Assembly (NCBI GenBank): GCA_050175015.1
Contig: JBFXJJ010000005.1
Span: forward strand, 32,001-96,000
Source: Alphaproteobacteria bacterium
Lineage (GTDB): Bacteria; Pseudomonadota; Alphaproteobacteria; JBFXJJ01
DNA: 64,000 nucleotides
Direction: 5' to 3'
A program made the position numbers and the translations under genes. A model generated the notes under the pieces. The model had not been told where the DNA came from and searched no databases. It was given only the letters and a program-made list of their open reading frames with translations. Positions within the stretch are counted from its first letter, which is position 1. Each line of letters begins with the position of its first letter. Below are positions 9,840-20,052 of this stretch, piece by piece.

Positions 9840-10427
9840 ATGAATAATTGGCAAAATTTAACTAAAGGAATTTTTAAAGAAAATCCTACTTTTGTTATGC
9901 TGCTGGGAATGTGTCCAACCCTAGGGGTTACAACTTCGGCAATTAATGGATTAGGTATGGGAGTGGCAACTCTTTTTGTGCTGATTATGGCTAATATTAC
10001 GGTTGCTGCTGTAAAAAACGTTATTCCTGATAAGGTTAGAATTCCTTGTTATATTGTAATTATTGCATCTTTTGTTACGATTGTTGATATGCTTATGGCG
10101 GCGTATTTGCCAGCACTCCACGCCCAACTCGGAATTTTTATTCCGTTAATCGTTGTTAACTGCATTATTTTAGGAAGAGCTGAAGCCTTTGCGGCTAAAA
10201 ATGGTATTTTTGCATCAATTCTTGATGCTGTGGGTATGGGGCTTGGGTTTACTCTTAGTTTAACCCTGCTTGGCAGTGTTCGTGAAATTTTAGGTAATGC
10301 TTCAATCTTTGGTTATGACTTGGGATTCAGCGGCAGTAAGATTATGTTCTTTATAACTCCGCCTGGAGCATTCTTAGTTTTGGGTTACTTGGTTGCTCTC
10401 ATTAATTGTTGTCGTAAAAAGGCTTAA
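9840..10427 (+). CDS. rnfE: Rnf complex subunit E
   Basis: LGMCPTL, LIVVNCIILGRAEAFA, PPGAF. Confidence 0.96.
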   Translation: MNNWQNLTKGIFKENPTFVMLLGMCPTLGVTTSAINGLGMGVATLFVLIMANITVAAVKNVIPDKVRIPCYIVIIASFVTIVDMLMAAYLPALHAQLGIFIPLIVVNCIILGRAEAFAAKNGIFASILDAVGMGLGFTLSLTLLGSVREILGNASIFGYDLGFSGSKIMFFITPPGAFLVLGYLVALINCCRKKA

Positions 10428-10451
10428 AATAAGTTTTAAAAGGTTTATAAA

Positions 10452-11027
10452 ATGGAATATGTAGCTATCATATTTACAGCAGTATTTGTAAATAATATTG
10501 TTTTATCACAGTTTCTCGGAATTTGTCCTTTTCTTGGCGTATCCAGTAAAAAAACAACCGCTTTTGGTATGGGTATGGCGGTTATGTTTGTTATGACATT
10601 GGCAACAATCGTAACTTGGGCCATATTTAATTATGTTTTAAAACCATTTGATATTGTTTTTATGCAAACTGTTACCTTTATTTTGGTAATTGCTGGTTTA
10701 GTTCAAATGGTGGAAATCATCTTAAAAAAAGTAGCGCCTCCATTATATCAGGCTTTAGGAATTTTCTTACCTCTTATTACTACTAACTGTACGGTATTAG
10801 GGGTTGCTTTGCTTGTTGTTCAAAAAGAATTTTCCTTATTTCAAGGCGTAGCATACGCCGTTGGAAATTCTTTAGGATTTACATTGGCAATAGTAGTATT
10901 TGCGGGAATAAGAGAGCATACAGCTTTACTTTCTATGCCGAAAGCAATGAAGGGTGCTCCGATTGCTCTTATAACTGCTAGCATTTTATCCTTGGCTTTT
11001 ATGGGCTTTGCAGGACTTGGAAATTAA
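10452..11027 (+). CDS. rnfA: Rnf complex subunit A
   Basis: [31 protein letters not shown]. Confidence 0.96.
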   Translation: MEYVAIIFTAVFVNNIVLSQFLGICPFLGVSSKKTTAFGMGMAVMFVMTLATIVTWAIFNYVLKPFDIVFMQTVTFILVIAGLVQMVEIILKKVAPPLYQALGIFLPLITTNCTVLGVALLVVQKEFSLFQGVAYAVGNSLGFTLAIVVFAGIREHTALLSMPKAMKGAPIALITASILSLAFMGFAGLGN

Positions 11028-11030
11028 GCC

Positions 11031-12179
11031 TTGATGTGTGATGCCACGAAAAATAAAGTTCAATTCAAATCTACAGGAATAGCTTTTGATAACAGCAATC
11101 TTGATAAAAGTGTTGCGGTATTAATGAGTGGCGGAGTAGACAGCAGTGTAACAGCCGTATTGTTGAAAGAAGAGGGCTGGAATGTCGTTGGGGTAACAAT
11201 GACTATTCCTGTTGCTGATGGTTCTTGCAATGGAACCGCTGCTTGCTGTGGTGCTGGTGCCGCTTTAATCTGTGCTAAAATCGGTATTCCTCATTTTATT
11301 GCATATACAGAAGAAGTTTTTACTAGAGAAGTAATCGATAGATTTAGGAATAGTTATCTTGAGGGCGGAACTCCAAGCCCGTGCGTTGATTGTAATACCT
11401 TTTTGAAATTCGGAGCGGTTTGGAACATCATAGAAGAAAACTTAGGAATTAAACACTTAGCTACGGGGCATTATGCTGAGATTAGACAGCTTGAAAACAA
11501 TGAATTTGCTTTAGCTAGAGGCAAAGATGCCAATAAAGATCAAAGCTATTTCCTTTATGGGATTCCTAAGGTGAAGCTGCCCTTTTTACATTTTCCTTTA
11601 GCCGCAACAACTAAAGATAAGACCAGATTAATTGCAGAAAAAACTAAACTACCCTGTGCTAAAAGGGCAGAAAGTATGGAAATATGCTTTGCTCCCAATG
11701 GCGATTACCGCCATATCTTTAGTAATGATATGCCTCGAACAGGAAATATTGTCGACAAAGACGGAAAGGTTTTAGGGGTTCACCAAGGAATTTATCGTTA
11801 TACTTTAGGGCAGAGAAGAGGTCTTGGTATTTCAAGTGCAGATGGTGAACCATTGTATGTTATAGCACTTAAAACAGATACCAATGAAGTGGTTGCGGGT
11901 AAAAAAGACGATTTGTTTACTAATACGGTTTTTGCTTGTAACGTTAATATTTTGATGCCTGAAAAGCTTAACAAATCTTGCAAGCTTTTTGGAAAAATTA
12001 GATCAACAGGAGCAGCGGAAAAATGTGAAGTTGCCTATTATGATGATATGATTTGTGCCGTTTTTGAAAAACCTGTTCTTGCTCCTGCAAAAGATCAACG
12101 ACTTGTTATCTATGATGAAAGCGGTATTGTTGTTGCTGGAGGATATATTACCTCTAAAACAGGGCTCTCTTTATCTTAA
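11031..12179 (+). CDS. mnmA: tRNA 2-thiouridylase MnmA
   Basis: MSGGVDSS, PSPCVDCN, ATGHYA, KDQSYFL, ESMEICF, YTLGQRRGLG. Confidence 0.95.
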   Translation: MMCDATKNKVQFKSTGIAFDNSNLDKSVAVLMSGGVDSSVTAVLLKEEGWNVVGVTMTIPVADGSCNGTAACCGAGAALICAKIGIPHFIAYTEEVFTREVIDRFRNSYLEGGTPSPCVDCNTFLKFGAVWNIIEENLGIKHLATGHYAEIRQLENNEFALARGKDANKDQSYFLYGIPKVKLPFLHFPLAATTKDKTRLIAEKTKLPCAKRAESMEICFAPNGDYRHIFSNDMPRTGNIVDKDGKVLGVHQGIYRYTLGQRRGLGISSADGEPLYVIALKTDTNEVVAGKKDDLFTNTVFACNVNILMPEKLNKSCKLFGKIRSTGAAEKCEVAYYDDMICAVFEKPVLAPAKDQRLVIYDESGIVVAGGYITSKTGLSLS

Positions 12180-12261
12180 AAATTATAAATATTTTGAAAT
12201 TAGTTCTTACTCTTTCTTTAAAGTGAGCTAGATATTATCTAAAGTTAAGATTCATTTACAT

Positions 12262-12296
12262 AAAAAAAGAGAGAGGAAATGGGGCTCCTCTCTCTT
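12262..12296 (-). terminator. Intrinsic terminator (minus strand)
   Basis: Stem AAGAGAGAGGA/TCCTCTCTCTT; an A-run on the plus strand gives a U-tract on the minus strand. Confidence 0.8.
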
Positions 12297-12389
12297 CAGT
12301 TTAGCTATAAACGGTTTCCCCCCTTGTTATTATTATCATTTTTTTATTATTGTTTGTTTATAGCTCTTATTTTTATTTTTTTCTTTATA
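12262..12389 (-). ncRNA. Candidate ~125-nt sRNA with an A-rich loop
   Basis: TTGACA (12418-12423, minus), 16 bp, TAATAT; 10-bp stem AGCTATAAAC/GTTTATAGCT enclosing A-rich repeats; terminator; no ORF. Confidence 0.55.
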
Positions 12390-12794
12390 TAATAAATATT
12401 ACATAATTTTAACAAAGTGTCAACATTGAAATAACAAAATTAGCAAAAAATACCACTTTAAAGTGCTTTTTGCTAATAAAACATTGTTTTATATAGCATA
12501 ATTCTACTAAAAAATGTTAGATTTGTTAAAATATTGTAACAATTGTATGGCGTTTTTTAACCTAAAATAACTGATTTTAGCAAAAATAACTGAGCATTAA
12601 TTCCTATAGCACCAAATATCAAAGCGATTCTATAAAATTATTCATCATTTTTTAAAATAAAAAAAGATAGCAAATGCCATATAAACATTAAAAAAGATAG
12701 TAATTAATTTTTCTATAACATTTTAAAATTAAATTATTACTTTATAAATGAATAATCAGGTTGTGCAGCTTTAGAGCTGGTTTTGATATTGTTA

Positions 12795-13742
12795 TTATGA
12801 TTTTTTACAAAAACATTTTAGAAATTTAGGCAGATTAATAATCAAAAAACGTTTAATAATTTGAGGAAGTCTCAATGCAACATATTTTAAAAGCTTAAAA
12901 AAGGATGTTTCGGTTAAAATAACATTGGTTGCTAAATCTAAATAATAATCAGCATATTCTTTTTTGCCAATCTTAGCGTAATATTTATGGGTTAGAATTT
13001 TATCCATAAAATTATCTACATAGCCTGTTTGGCGATCCGTATTAGTTATACCTGTTGTGAGTCTGTTGTAAACGGAAGGTTTTATATCGGGTAAATATTT
13101 GCCCTTGCCATGGTTGCCAAGCAATGAGTTTAAGAAAAAATCACCGCCTTTTAACAAATTATATTCATAAGGCAGGGGCATAATAACATTACGAAAGAAA
13201 GAAGAGGAGGTGTGAAAAAACACCTTTCTTTTAATAAGGTCTTCACAACTGGCATCGCTAGATTTTTGCAAAGTAGTTGTGTTATACACTTCATCTTTCC
13301 AAATAATGTCGTGGTAACATACAGAATAGTCAGGATTGCTTTCTAGGAAATCAAATTGTATCTGTAATTTATTCTCATCAGTCCAATAGTCATCGCATTC
13401 ACAAATAGCCATATATTTGGTTTTTATATCATCAAAAAAATTCTTAAAGCCGGCATTCCTAGGTTCTTTAGTGAATTGATTTTCTTTTCTAATAATGGTT
13501 TTAATAATATTAGGAAATTTTTCAGCATATTCTTTTACAATTTTGGTTGTATCATCGGTCGAAGCATCATCATGAATAATTATGATAAATGGAAAGTTTG
13601 TTTTCTGCATTAAAAAGCTATCTAAAGCGGCAGCAATAAAACGTTCGTGGTTATAAGCTATGGCTGCAATAGTAAGAAGAGGAATTTTAGAATTCCAATT
13701 TTTCATTATTTCAGCTTCGTTTTTTTTAAACATTTTAAGCAC
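12795..13742 (-). CDS. GT2 family glycosyltransferase
   Basis: AYNHERFI, HDDASTD, ICECDDYW..ENKLQIQ. Confidence 0.92.
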   Translation of the reverse strand: MLKMFKKNEAEIMKNWNSKIPLLTIAAIAYNHERFIAAALDSFLMQKTNFPFIIIIHDDASTDDTTKIVKEYAEKFPNIIKTIIRKENQFTKEPRNAGFKNFFDDIKTKYMAICECDDYWTDENKLQIQFDFLESNPDYSVCYHDIIWKDEVYNTTTLQKSSDASCEDLIKRKVFFHTSSSFFRNVIMPLPYEYNLLKGGDFFLNSLLGNHGKGKYLPDIKPSVYNRLTTGITNTDRQTGYVDNFMDKILTHKYYAKIGKKEYADYYLDLATNVILTETSFFKLLKYVALRLPQIIKRFLIINLPKFLKCFCKKS

Positions 13743-13767
13743 CGGGAAAAAGCAATTTTAAGAATGG

Positions 13768-14637
13768 TTATTTTTCTTTTACAATTTCTTGCAAATATTT
13801 GCCATAAGGATTTTTAGTATAATTTTTAGCACTTTTTAAAATAGTTTCTGCACTTAACCAATTATTATTAAATGCTATTTCTTCAAGGCAGCCGATTTTA
13901 AAACCTTGCCGTTGTTCTATGGTTTCAACAAATTGTGAAGCCGATAATAAATTTTCGTGGGTTCCTGTATCAAGCCACGCAAAACCACGTCCTAAAATTT
14001 CGACTTTAACTGCTTCTTTTTCAAGATAAATTTGATTTATACTTGTTATTTCATATTCTCCACGTTTAGACGGTTTTACTTGTTTAGCAATATCAACCAC
14101 GTGATTATCATAAAAATACAGACCCGTTAGAGCAAAGTTGGATTTGGGCTCGCTTGGTTTTTCTTCAATAGATAAGACCTTAAAATCATCATCAAATTCA
14201 ACAACTCCAAAATGCTCTGGATTTTTTACTTGGTAACCAAAAAGAATTGCGCCGTATTCAATTTGGGCTGATCTTTTTAAAATTGGTGTAAATCCTGGAC
14301 CATAAAAAATATTGTCGCCCAGAATAAGGCAAACATTGTCATCACCAATAAACTCTTCGCCAATTATAAATGCTTGAGCAAGTCCGTTTGGTTTAGGCTG
14401 GACAGAATAAGAAAGATTAATGCCAAATTGAGAACCATCTTGCATAAGACGCTTAAAGCTGGACTGATCTTCTGGTGTTGTAATAATTAGAATATCTCGA
14501 ATTCCAGCCAGCATTAAAACTGACAGCGGATAATAAATCATAGGCTTATCATAAATGGGAAGCAACTGTTTAGAAACGCCTATCGTTGCAGGGTATAATC
14601 TTGTTCCACTGCCGCCTGCAAGAATAATTCCCTTCAT
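13768..14637 (-). CDS. rfbA: Glucose-1-phosphate thymidylyltransferase
   Basis: [31 protein letters not shown]. Confidence 0.98.
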   Translation of the reverse strand: MKGIILAGGSGTRLYPATIGVSKQLLPIYDKPMIYYPLSVLMLAGIRDILIITTPEDQSSFKRLMQDGSQFGINLSYSVQPKPNGLAQAFIIGEEFIGDDNVCLILGDNIFYGPGFTPILKRSAQIEYGAILFGYQVKNPEHFGVVEFDDDFKVLSIEEKPSEPKSNFALTGLYFYDNHVVDIAKQVKPSKRGEYEITSINQIYLEKEAVKVEILGRGFAWLDTGTHENLLSASQFVETIEQRQGFKIGCLEEIAFNNNWLSAETILKSAKNYTKNPYGKYLQEIVKEK

Positions 14638-14647
14638 TTTAATACTC

Positions 14648-15712
14648 CTATTTAATTAATCCTAATCGTTCACCTTGATAGGAACCATTTTTAATTCTTT
14701 GCCACCAAGTTTTATGTTCTAAATACCATCTTACCGTTTTTCTAAGTCCAGTTTCAAATGTTTCGAGCGGCTTCCAACCAAGTTCATTCCTGATTTTAGA
14801 CGCATCAATGGCATAGCGCATATCATGACCTGGTCTATCGGTTACAAAAGTTATTAAATCTTCATATTTTGTAACTCCAGATGGTTTATGCGGCTCTAGC
14901 TCTTCCATAAGTTTGCAAATGGTTTTTACAATATCAATATTGCGTTGTTCATTAAAACCGCCAATATTATAAGTCTCGCCATTTTTGCCTTTGGTTAAAA
15001 CTGAATATAAAGCTCTTACGTGATCGTCCACATAAAGCCAGTCTCTAATCTGATTCCCTTGACCATAAACGGGCAATTTTTTTCCTTCCAGACAATTTAA
15101 AATCATTAAAGGGATAAGTTTTTCTGGAAATTGATAAGGACCATAATTGTTGGAACAGTTAGTAATAACAGTTGGCAGTCCATAGGTTCTAAACCAAGCT
15201 CTGACTAGATGATCAGAACTTGCTTTGCTGGAAGAATAGGGTGAGCTTGGCGCATAGGGGGTTTTCTCAGTGAAAAAACTCTTAGTATCAGCTAAATCGC
15301 CATAGACTTCATCAGTAGAAATATGGTGAAATTTGAATAATGACTTTTTGTTTGTCTCTAGCTCCGAGTAGTATTTTCTTGATGTTTCTAAAAGATTGTA
15401 GGTTCCGATTATATTAGTTTGAATAAATGCCAAAGGACCATCTATTGAGCGGTCAACGTGTGATTCTGCGGCTAAATGCATAACTGCATCGGGCTTATGT
15501 TTTTTAAAAATGGTTTCAATTTCTTTTAAGTTACAAATATCTGCTTGTTCAAAAGTATAGCGGCTGCTGCTTGTTACATCTTCTAAAGATTCTAAATTCC
15601 CAGCATAAGTTAATTTATCAAGATTGATGATTTCATCAGAAGTTTCTTGGAAAATAAACCTAAGAACTGCTGAACCTATAAAACCTGCGCCGCCTGTAAC
15701 TAGAATTTTCAT
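14648..15712 (-). CDS. rfbB: dTDP-glucose 4,6-dehydratase
   Basis: [37 protein letters not shown]. Confidence 0.98.
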   Translation of the reverse strand: MKILVTGGAGFIGSAVLRFIFQETSDEIINLDKLTYAGNLESLEDVTSSSRYTFEQADICNLKEIETIFKKHKPDAVMHLAAESHVDRSIDGPLAFIQTNIIGTYNLLETSRKYYSELETNKKSLFKFHHISTDEVYGDLADTKSFFTEKTPYAPSSPYSSSKASSDHLVRAWFRTYGLPTVITNCSNNYGPYQFPEKLIPLMILNCLEGKKLPVYGQGNQIRDWLYVDDHVRALYSVLTKGKNGETYNIGGFNEQRNIDIVKTICKLMEELEPHKPSGVTKYEDLITFVTDRPGHDMRYAIDASKIRNELGWKPLETFETGLRKTVRWYLEHKTWWQRIKNGSYQGERLGLIK

Positions 15713-15724
15713 AAATAATCCTTC

Positions 15725-17269
15725 TTATTTCTGGTTAAAATCGCTGGTAAGTTTTTTCTTATCGATTTTACCATTAGCATTTTTAGGAAGCATATCTTTA
15801 ATTTCAATTATGTTCGGAAGCATATAATCAGGAAGATATTTTTTCAAATCTTCTCTAACCTCTTTTTCTTCTTTGTTTTCAGAGGTGGCAACAAAAGCTA
15901 TTATTTTGCCATAACCGACATTAGATCTTTGATAAATAGCAGCTGATTGCGAAATATAATCAAGCTGATTAATCGCATTTTCAATTTCTTCAAGCTCAAT
16001 GCGATACCCCATATGTTTAATTTGATTGTCTTTACGACCAATAAACCATAATAGACCATCTTCTTCTTTTACTAAGTCTCCCGTTTTATACATAATTTCA
16101 GTATAATTAGGCTGCATAGGATTTTTAACAAACGATTTTTGTGTTTGTTCTAAGCTGTTATAATATCCCATCGAGATATTAGAACCTAAGATGCAAAGTT
16201 CACCTTTTTCACCCAAGTTTGCAGGTTTTTCATCATCATCTAAAATAAGGTAATCAAAATTGGGATTTATTTTCCCAAGCGGGGGAAGGGTATCAAAGTT
16301 TTCGAAATCCTTATCAGTAATATCATAAAAACTGCAAATGCACGTTCCCTCTGTTGGTCCATAAACATTAACAAAACGAGCTTTTTCCTTGTATAAATCA
16401 TAAAGCTTTTTAAGCTCAACTTTAGGGAAGCCTTCGCCGCCAAAAGTGAAAACTCTAATGGTGTTCATCGTATCTTTTCTTAAAACACGCATTGTTAAAA
16501 GGTATATAAGAAGAGATGGAACCGAAAACCAAATGCTGCACTCTAGCTTATCAATATATTTTACAAGTTCTAACGGTGATTTTAAAAGTTCTTTAGAGAT
16601 TGGAGCAAGTGAAGCTCCTGCGAATAATGCGGTATAAAAATCAAAAACCGAATTGTCAAAATAAACGGGGCTTAACTGTGCAAAAATATCTTTAGAACTT
16701 ATGTTATAACAAGGAATGCTCCAGTTAAGAAAGCTGATAATATTAGCGTGAGAAATAACAACACCTTTAGGAACGCCCGTAGAACCTGATGTAAACATAA
16801 TATAAGCAGGGACGGCACCTGTTACTAGCTTGGTTAATTCCAAATTGTTGTCGTCATAATCTTTTAGAAAATCTTTGGAAAGTTCTGATAGTTTTAAATT
16901 TTCTTCGTTTAAATGATTTTTAAAATCGTCTGAAGGCTTGTGGTCTATAAGCAGTAATTTGGGCTGGCATTGCTCAAAAATTTTATTAAGCCGTTCTTTA
17001 GGATTATTTTCATCAATATTAGTATAAGTCGCACCAATTTTTAGGCAGGCAATCATTGAAGCATAGCCTATAGGCGTTTTATCATTAAAGATGCCAACAA
17101 CATCTTTGGTTTTTATTTGACTGGCAACTAAAAAATGAGCAATTTTATTGGCAAGTTTATTGATTTCGGAATAAGTTACCGATGAATTTTCATATCTTAA
17201 ACTAATATTATCGGCATTTTTTAAGGCAATATCTTCAAAAAGAAGACCTAAGTTAAAAGAATAAAGCAA
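15725..17269 (-). CDS. Stand-alone adenylation enzyme (DltA/NRPS A-domain-like)
   Basis: YIMFTSGSTGVPKGV, YGPTE, YKTGD, GRKDNQIK, NGKID. Confidence 0.92.
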   Translation of the reverse strand: MLYSFNLGLLFEDIALKNADNISLRYENSSVTYSEINKLANKIAHFLVASQIKTKDVVGIFNDKTPIGYASMIACLKIGATYTNIDENNPKERLNKIFEQCQPKLLLIDHKPSDDFKNHLNEENLKLSELSKDFLKDYDDNNLELTKLVTGAVPAYIMFTSGSTGVPKGVVISHANIISFLNWSIPCYNISSKDIFAQLSPVYFDNSVFDFYTALFAGASLAPISKELLKSPLELVKYIDKLECSIWFSVPSLLIYLLTMRVLRKDTMNTIRVFTFGGEGFPKVELKKLYDLYKEKARFVNVYGPTEGTCICSFYDITDKDFENFDTLPPLGKINPNFDYLILDDDEKPANLGEKGELCILGSNISMGYYNSLEQTQKSFVKNPMQPNYTEIMYKTGDLVKEEDGLLWFIGRKDNQIKHMGYRIELEEIENAINQLDYISQSAAIYQRSNVGYGKIIAFVATSENKEEKEVREDLKKYLPDYMLPNIIEIKDMLPKNANGKIDKKKLTSDFNQK

Positions 17270-17271
17270 AA

Positions 17272-18201
17272 CTATTCCTCCAAAACCGCATAACCAAAGC
17301 CAGATTGACCAAAACCGTTACCATTATAAAACATATATATACCATAAGGCGTTTTTACAACATAAGGATAGGCAAGCATTTTGCTGTCCCAGCCATCTGG
17401 TGAAACTTCAATTCCTGCATTATCATCATCTCTAGTCCAATTTTTTAAGTCTTTAGAATAGGCGTAACCTATACGATACGCATCTTTGCCATCACGAAAG
17501 TCTTCAATGCCACGGTAACAGAACCACATATGATATGTATCATTAATTTTTATAAAACTGGGTCTAGTATTAGCCTCATTTTTTAATTTAGTAGGAAGAA
17601 GAGGGGTCGTGTTTCTTTCCCAGTTAATTAAATCTTTTGATTTTGTAAAAACAATTTCATACATACTTTCAAGCTTGCCATTGGCTTCGATCCATTTGGT
17701 GCCTGTTACATAGTTGCCATAATATTCCCCATCATATTTTTCAAAATTAACGGCTAATGCAGAATAAATTTCATCTCTAGTTCTATCCATTACAGGACCA
17801 ATAAACATTTTTTCAAATGTTAAACCATTATCGTTACTAACGGCTAAGCCTTCCCAATTACTATAAGGAATTGTTGTTCTTCTACTCCAGCCAGCATAGT
17901 AAAAATAAATTTCTCCATCATCTTTCCGATAAACAAAATTAGGCATAGCTCCGTGTTCGTCGAAATGACCTTCTTCTCCTGGCGTCAAAACAGGTTTATC
18001 GTAAATTTTTAAAATGTTTTGAGGATTTTTTATATCTAAATCCATCATTGCGGAATATGTTAATCCTATTTCAGGTCTTGTTGCAAAGTAAACTCTAAGT
18101 CTATCTTCTAAAACTAAAACGGTTGGGATTTGAGCGTGGCTTTTAATCCAACCATATTCACCGTTGGCTTTAAATATTAAGCCTTTTTTTATCCACCTCA
18201 T
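17272..18201 (-). CDS. Beta-propeller glycosidase-like protein common in glycan loci
   Basis: Repeated propeller blades (RIGYAYSKDLKNW, YMFYNGNGFG). Confidence 0.6.
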   Translation of the reverse strand: MRWIKKGLIFKANGEYGWIKSHAQIPTVLVLEDRLRVYFATRPEIGLTYSAMMDLDIKNPQNILKIYDKPVLTPGEEGHFDEHGAMPNFVYRKDDGEIYFYYAGWSRRTTIPYSNWEGLAVSNDNGLTFEKMFIGPVMDRTRDEIYSALAVNFEKYDGEYYGNYVTGTKWIEANGKLESMYEIVFTKSKDLINWERNTTPLLPTKLKNEANTRPSFIKINDTYHMWFCYRGIEDFRDGKDAYRIGYAYSKDLKNWTRDDDNAGIEVSPDGWDSKMLAYPYVVKTPYGIYMFYNGNGFGQSGFGYAVLEE

Positions 18202-18204
18202 AAC

Positions 18205-19062
18205 TTAATCCTTTAGAATTGTTCCGTTTTTTATTAAAGAAACTTCTTGGTCAAAATTTCTTAATTTTAAATAACAGTCATTTTTTTTAATTAGAAGATG
18301 ATTTTCATAATTGATGACAACTTCACCGTCTTGATAGTCATTTAATTTTGATAAAAGATATTCATTACTAACAATTTCGCAATCAAATACCTTATACGTA
18401 TCGTTTTCAAATATAAAATAAGCCCCTTGAGACTTATTAGAAAACGCTTTTATTTTTTGATAAATCTCAAGTGCTGTTTTAGAAAAATCGATTTTTAAAT
18501 CATCATCTTTTTTAGTGTAATAAATTTCACTACCAGATTTTTCCTGTTTTTTTATCGGTTTAAAATTTTTATTAAAAGCATCAATAAAAACTTCTTTTTC
18601 AGCCATAAAACTTAGTTGATATAAAAGAGCGGCATCTAAATCTTTAGAATATGGAATCTTAATTTGGGAAACAATATCTCCATTATCAATTTTATCGTCC
18701 ATAATATGACAGGTTGCGCCTGCATCTTTTCCATATAACAACGCTCCGACTTGAGGATCTGCGCCTCTTAAATCAGGTAAAAAAGACGGGTGAATATTGA
18801 TAAATTCTTTCCCATCTTTTTTTAAGTCTGAAATTGGTAAGATATGAGGGCAGCCGTTAGAAATCATAATATTAAATGGGGTATTATTGATTTCTTTTAT
18901 TAGCTCGGATTTGCTGGCAATAGATATAAAATTTAGGTTGCGGCTTTTTAATTCTTTTTCTAAATAGGAACCTTTAATTGCAAAAATTTTCACAATGTTT
19001 AAACCAAGCTTAAACATTTCCTCTAAAACAAAACAACGGTTTCCTACAAAAGTAAAAGTCAT
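18205..19062 (-). CDS. Formyltransferase family protein
   Basis: INIHPSFLPDLRGADP, GATCHIMDDKIDNGDI. Confidence 0.88.
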   Translation of the reverse strand: MTFTFVGNRCFVLEEMFKLGLNIVKIFAIKGSYLEKELKSRNLNFISIASKSELIKEINNTPFNIMISNGCPHILPISDLKKDGKEFINIHPSFLPDLRGADPQVGALLYGKDAGATCHIMDDKIDNGDIVSQIKIPYSKDLDAALLYQLSFMAEKEVFIDAFNKNFKPIKKQEKSGSEIYYTKKDDDLKIDFSKTALEIYQKIKAFSNKSQGAYFIFENDTYKVFDCEIVSNEYLLSKLNDYQDGEVVINYENHLLIKKNDCYLKLRNFDQEVSLIKNGTILKD

Positions 19063-19072
19063 AACCCTATTT

Positions 19073-19816
19073 TTAAATTACTAAACCACCATCAACTTCA
19101 ATAATTTTGCCGCTGAAATGGTCATTTTCGATAACAAATTCAATGGTGCTCGCAATGTTTTGAGCATTTCCTAGTTTTTTGATAGGTGTATGGTTTTTCA
19201 TATCATCTAGGATTTGTTCACTTATTGCGTGATGGGTTGATTCTGTGTCCATAAATCCAGGGGCAATCGCAGCGGTTCTAATTCCAAAGCCGCCAAGTTC
19301 TTTTGCCCAAACCTTAGTTAACGCTTCAACTCCAGCTTTTGCTGCCGCATAAGCTGATTGTCCAGCATTACCTTTAGAACTAATAGAACTGATATTAATA
19401 ATAATACCCTTTATTCTGTTAACAATCATTTGCTCCGCTACATAAGAACTTAAAACAAACGGAGCCGTGAGGTTTAAATCGATTGTTTTTTGCCAAGTAG
19501 AGATTTTATGGCGGCGTTCTTTGGACATAATATTGATTAAAGGCTCACTATGCAAAATGCCCGCATTATTAACTAAAATATCAATATTACCAAGTTTTGC
19601 TTTTACTTGTTCTAATGCCTGTTCAACAGAATCTGTTTTTGTTATATCACAGTTAAGTTTTAAAATATCTGTGGAATCGCCAATATTATCGAGCGCCTCT
19701 TGATCTATGTCTAAAATGGCAACTTTTCCACCACATGAGAGAAGCATATCGGTGATAGCTTTTCCTAAACCTTTAGCTCCGCCAGTAACAACTGCTACAC
19801 TATTTTCTATTTTCAT
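19073..19816 (-). CDS. SDR oxidoreductase (3-oxoacyl-ACP reductase-like)
   Basis: TGGAKGLG, NNAG, YAAAK. Confidence 0.9.
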   Translation of the reverse strand: MKIENSVAVVTGGAKGLGKAITDMLLSCGGKVAILDIDQEALDNIGDSTDILKLNCDITKTDSVEQALEQVKAKLGNIDILVNNAGILHSEPLINIMSKERRHKISTWQKTIDLNLTAPFVLSSYVAEQMIVNRIKGIIINISSISSKGNAGQSAYAAAKAGVEALTKVWAKELGGFGIRTAAIAPGFMDTESTHHAISEQILDDMKNHTPIKKLGNAQNIASTIEFVIENDHFSGKIIEVDGGLVI

Positions 19817-19824
19817 TTTTTATC

Positions 19825-20049
19825 CTAATTAATTTTTTTAGAAACAATATCTTTAATCGTTTTGATATCTTTCATTGCTACGATTTCGTCCATATCTAAC
19901 TGAATTTTAAGATTTTCTTCCAGCGATACAATTAAATTCATATGAGTTAGAGAATCCCATACTTCAATGTCGTCCATAGACATTTCATCTTTGATGTCGT
20001 TTTCCTTAAGCCGAAAAACTTCGCATAATATTTTGTTTACTTTTTCCAT
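19825..20049 (-). CDS. Acyl carrier protein
   Basis: 74 aa, acidic; WDSLTHM phosphopantetheine site. Confidence 0.9.
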   Translation of the reverse strand: MEKVNKILCEVFRLKENDIKDEMSMDDIEVWDSLTHMNLIVSLEENLKIQLDMDEIVAMKDIKTIKDIVSKKIN

Positions 20050-20052
20050 AAA

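Noticed and set aside
12555-12790. Possible decayed membrane-protein gene on the minus strand
   Set aside because: The hydrophobic reading is interrupted by stops, has no clear start and is explained by AT-richness
15725-20049. NRPS/secondary-metabolite cluster or dlt operon
   Set aside because: No condensation or thioesterase domains and no dltB/dltD; the context is sugar-nucleotide modification
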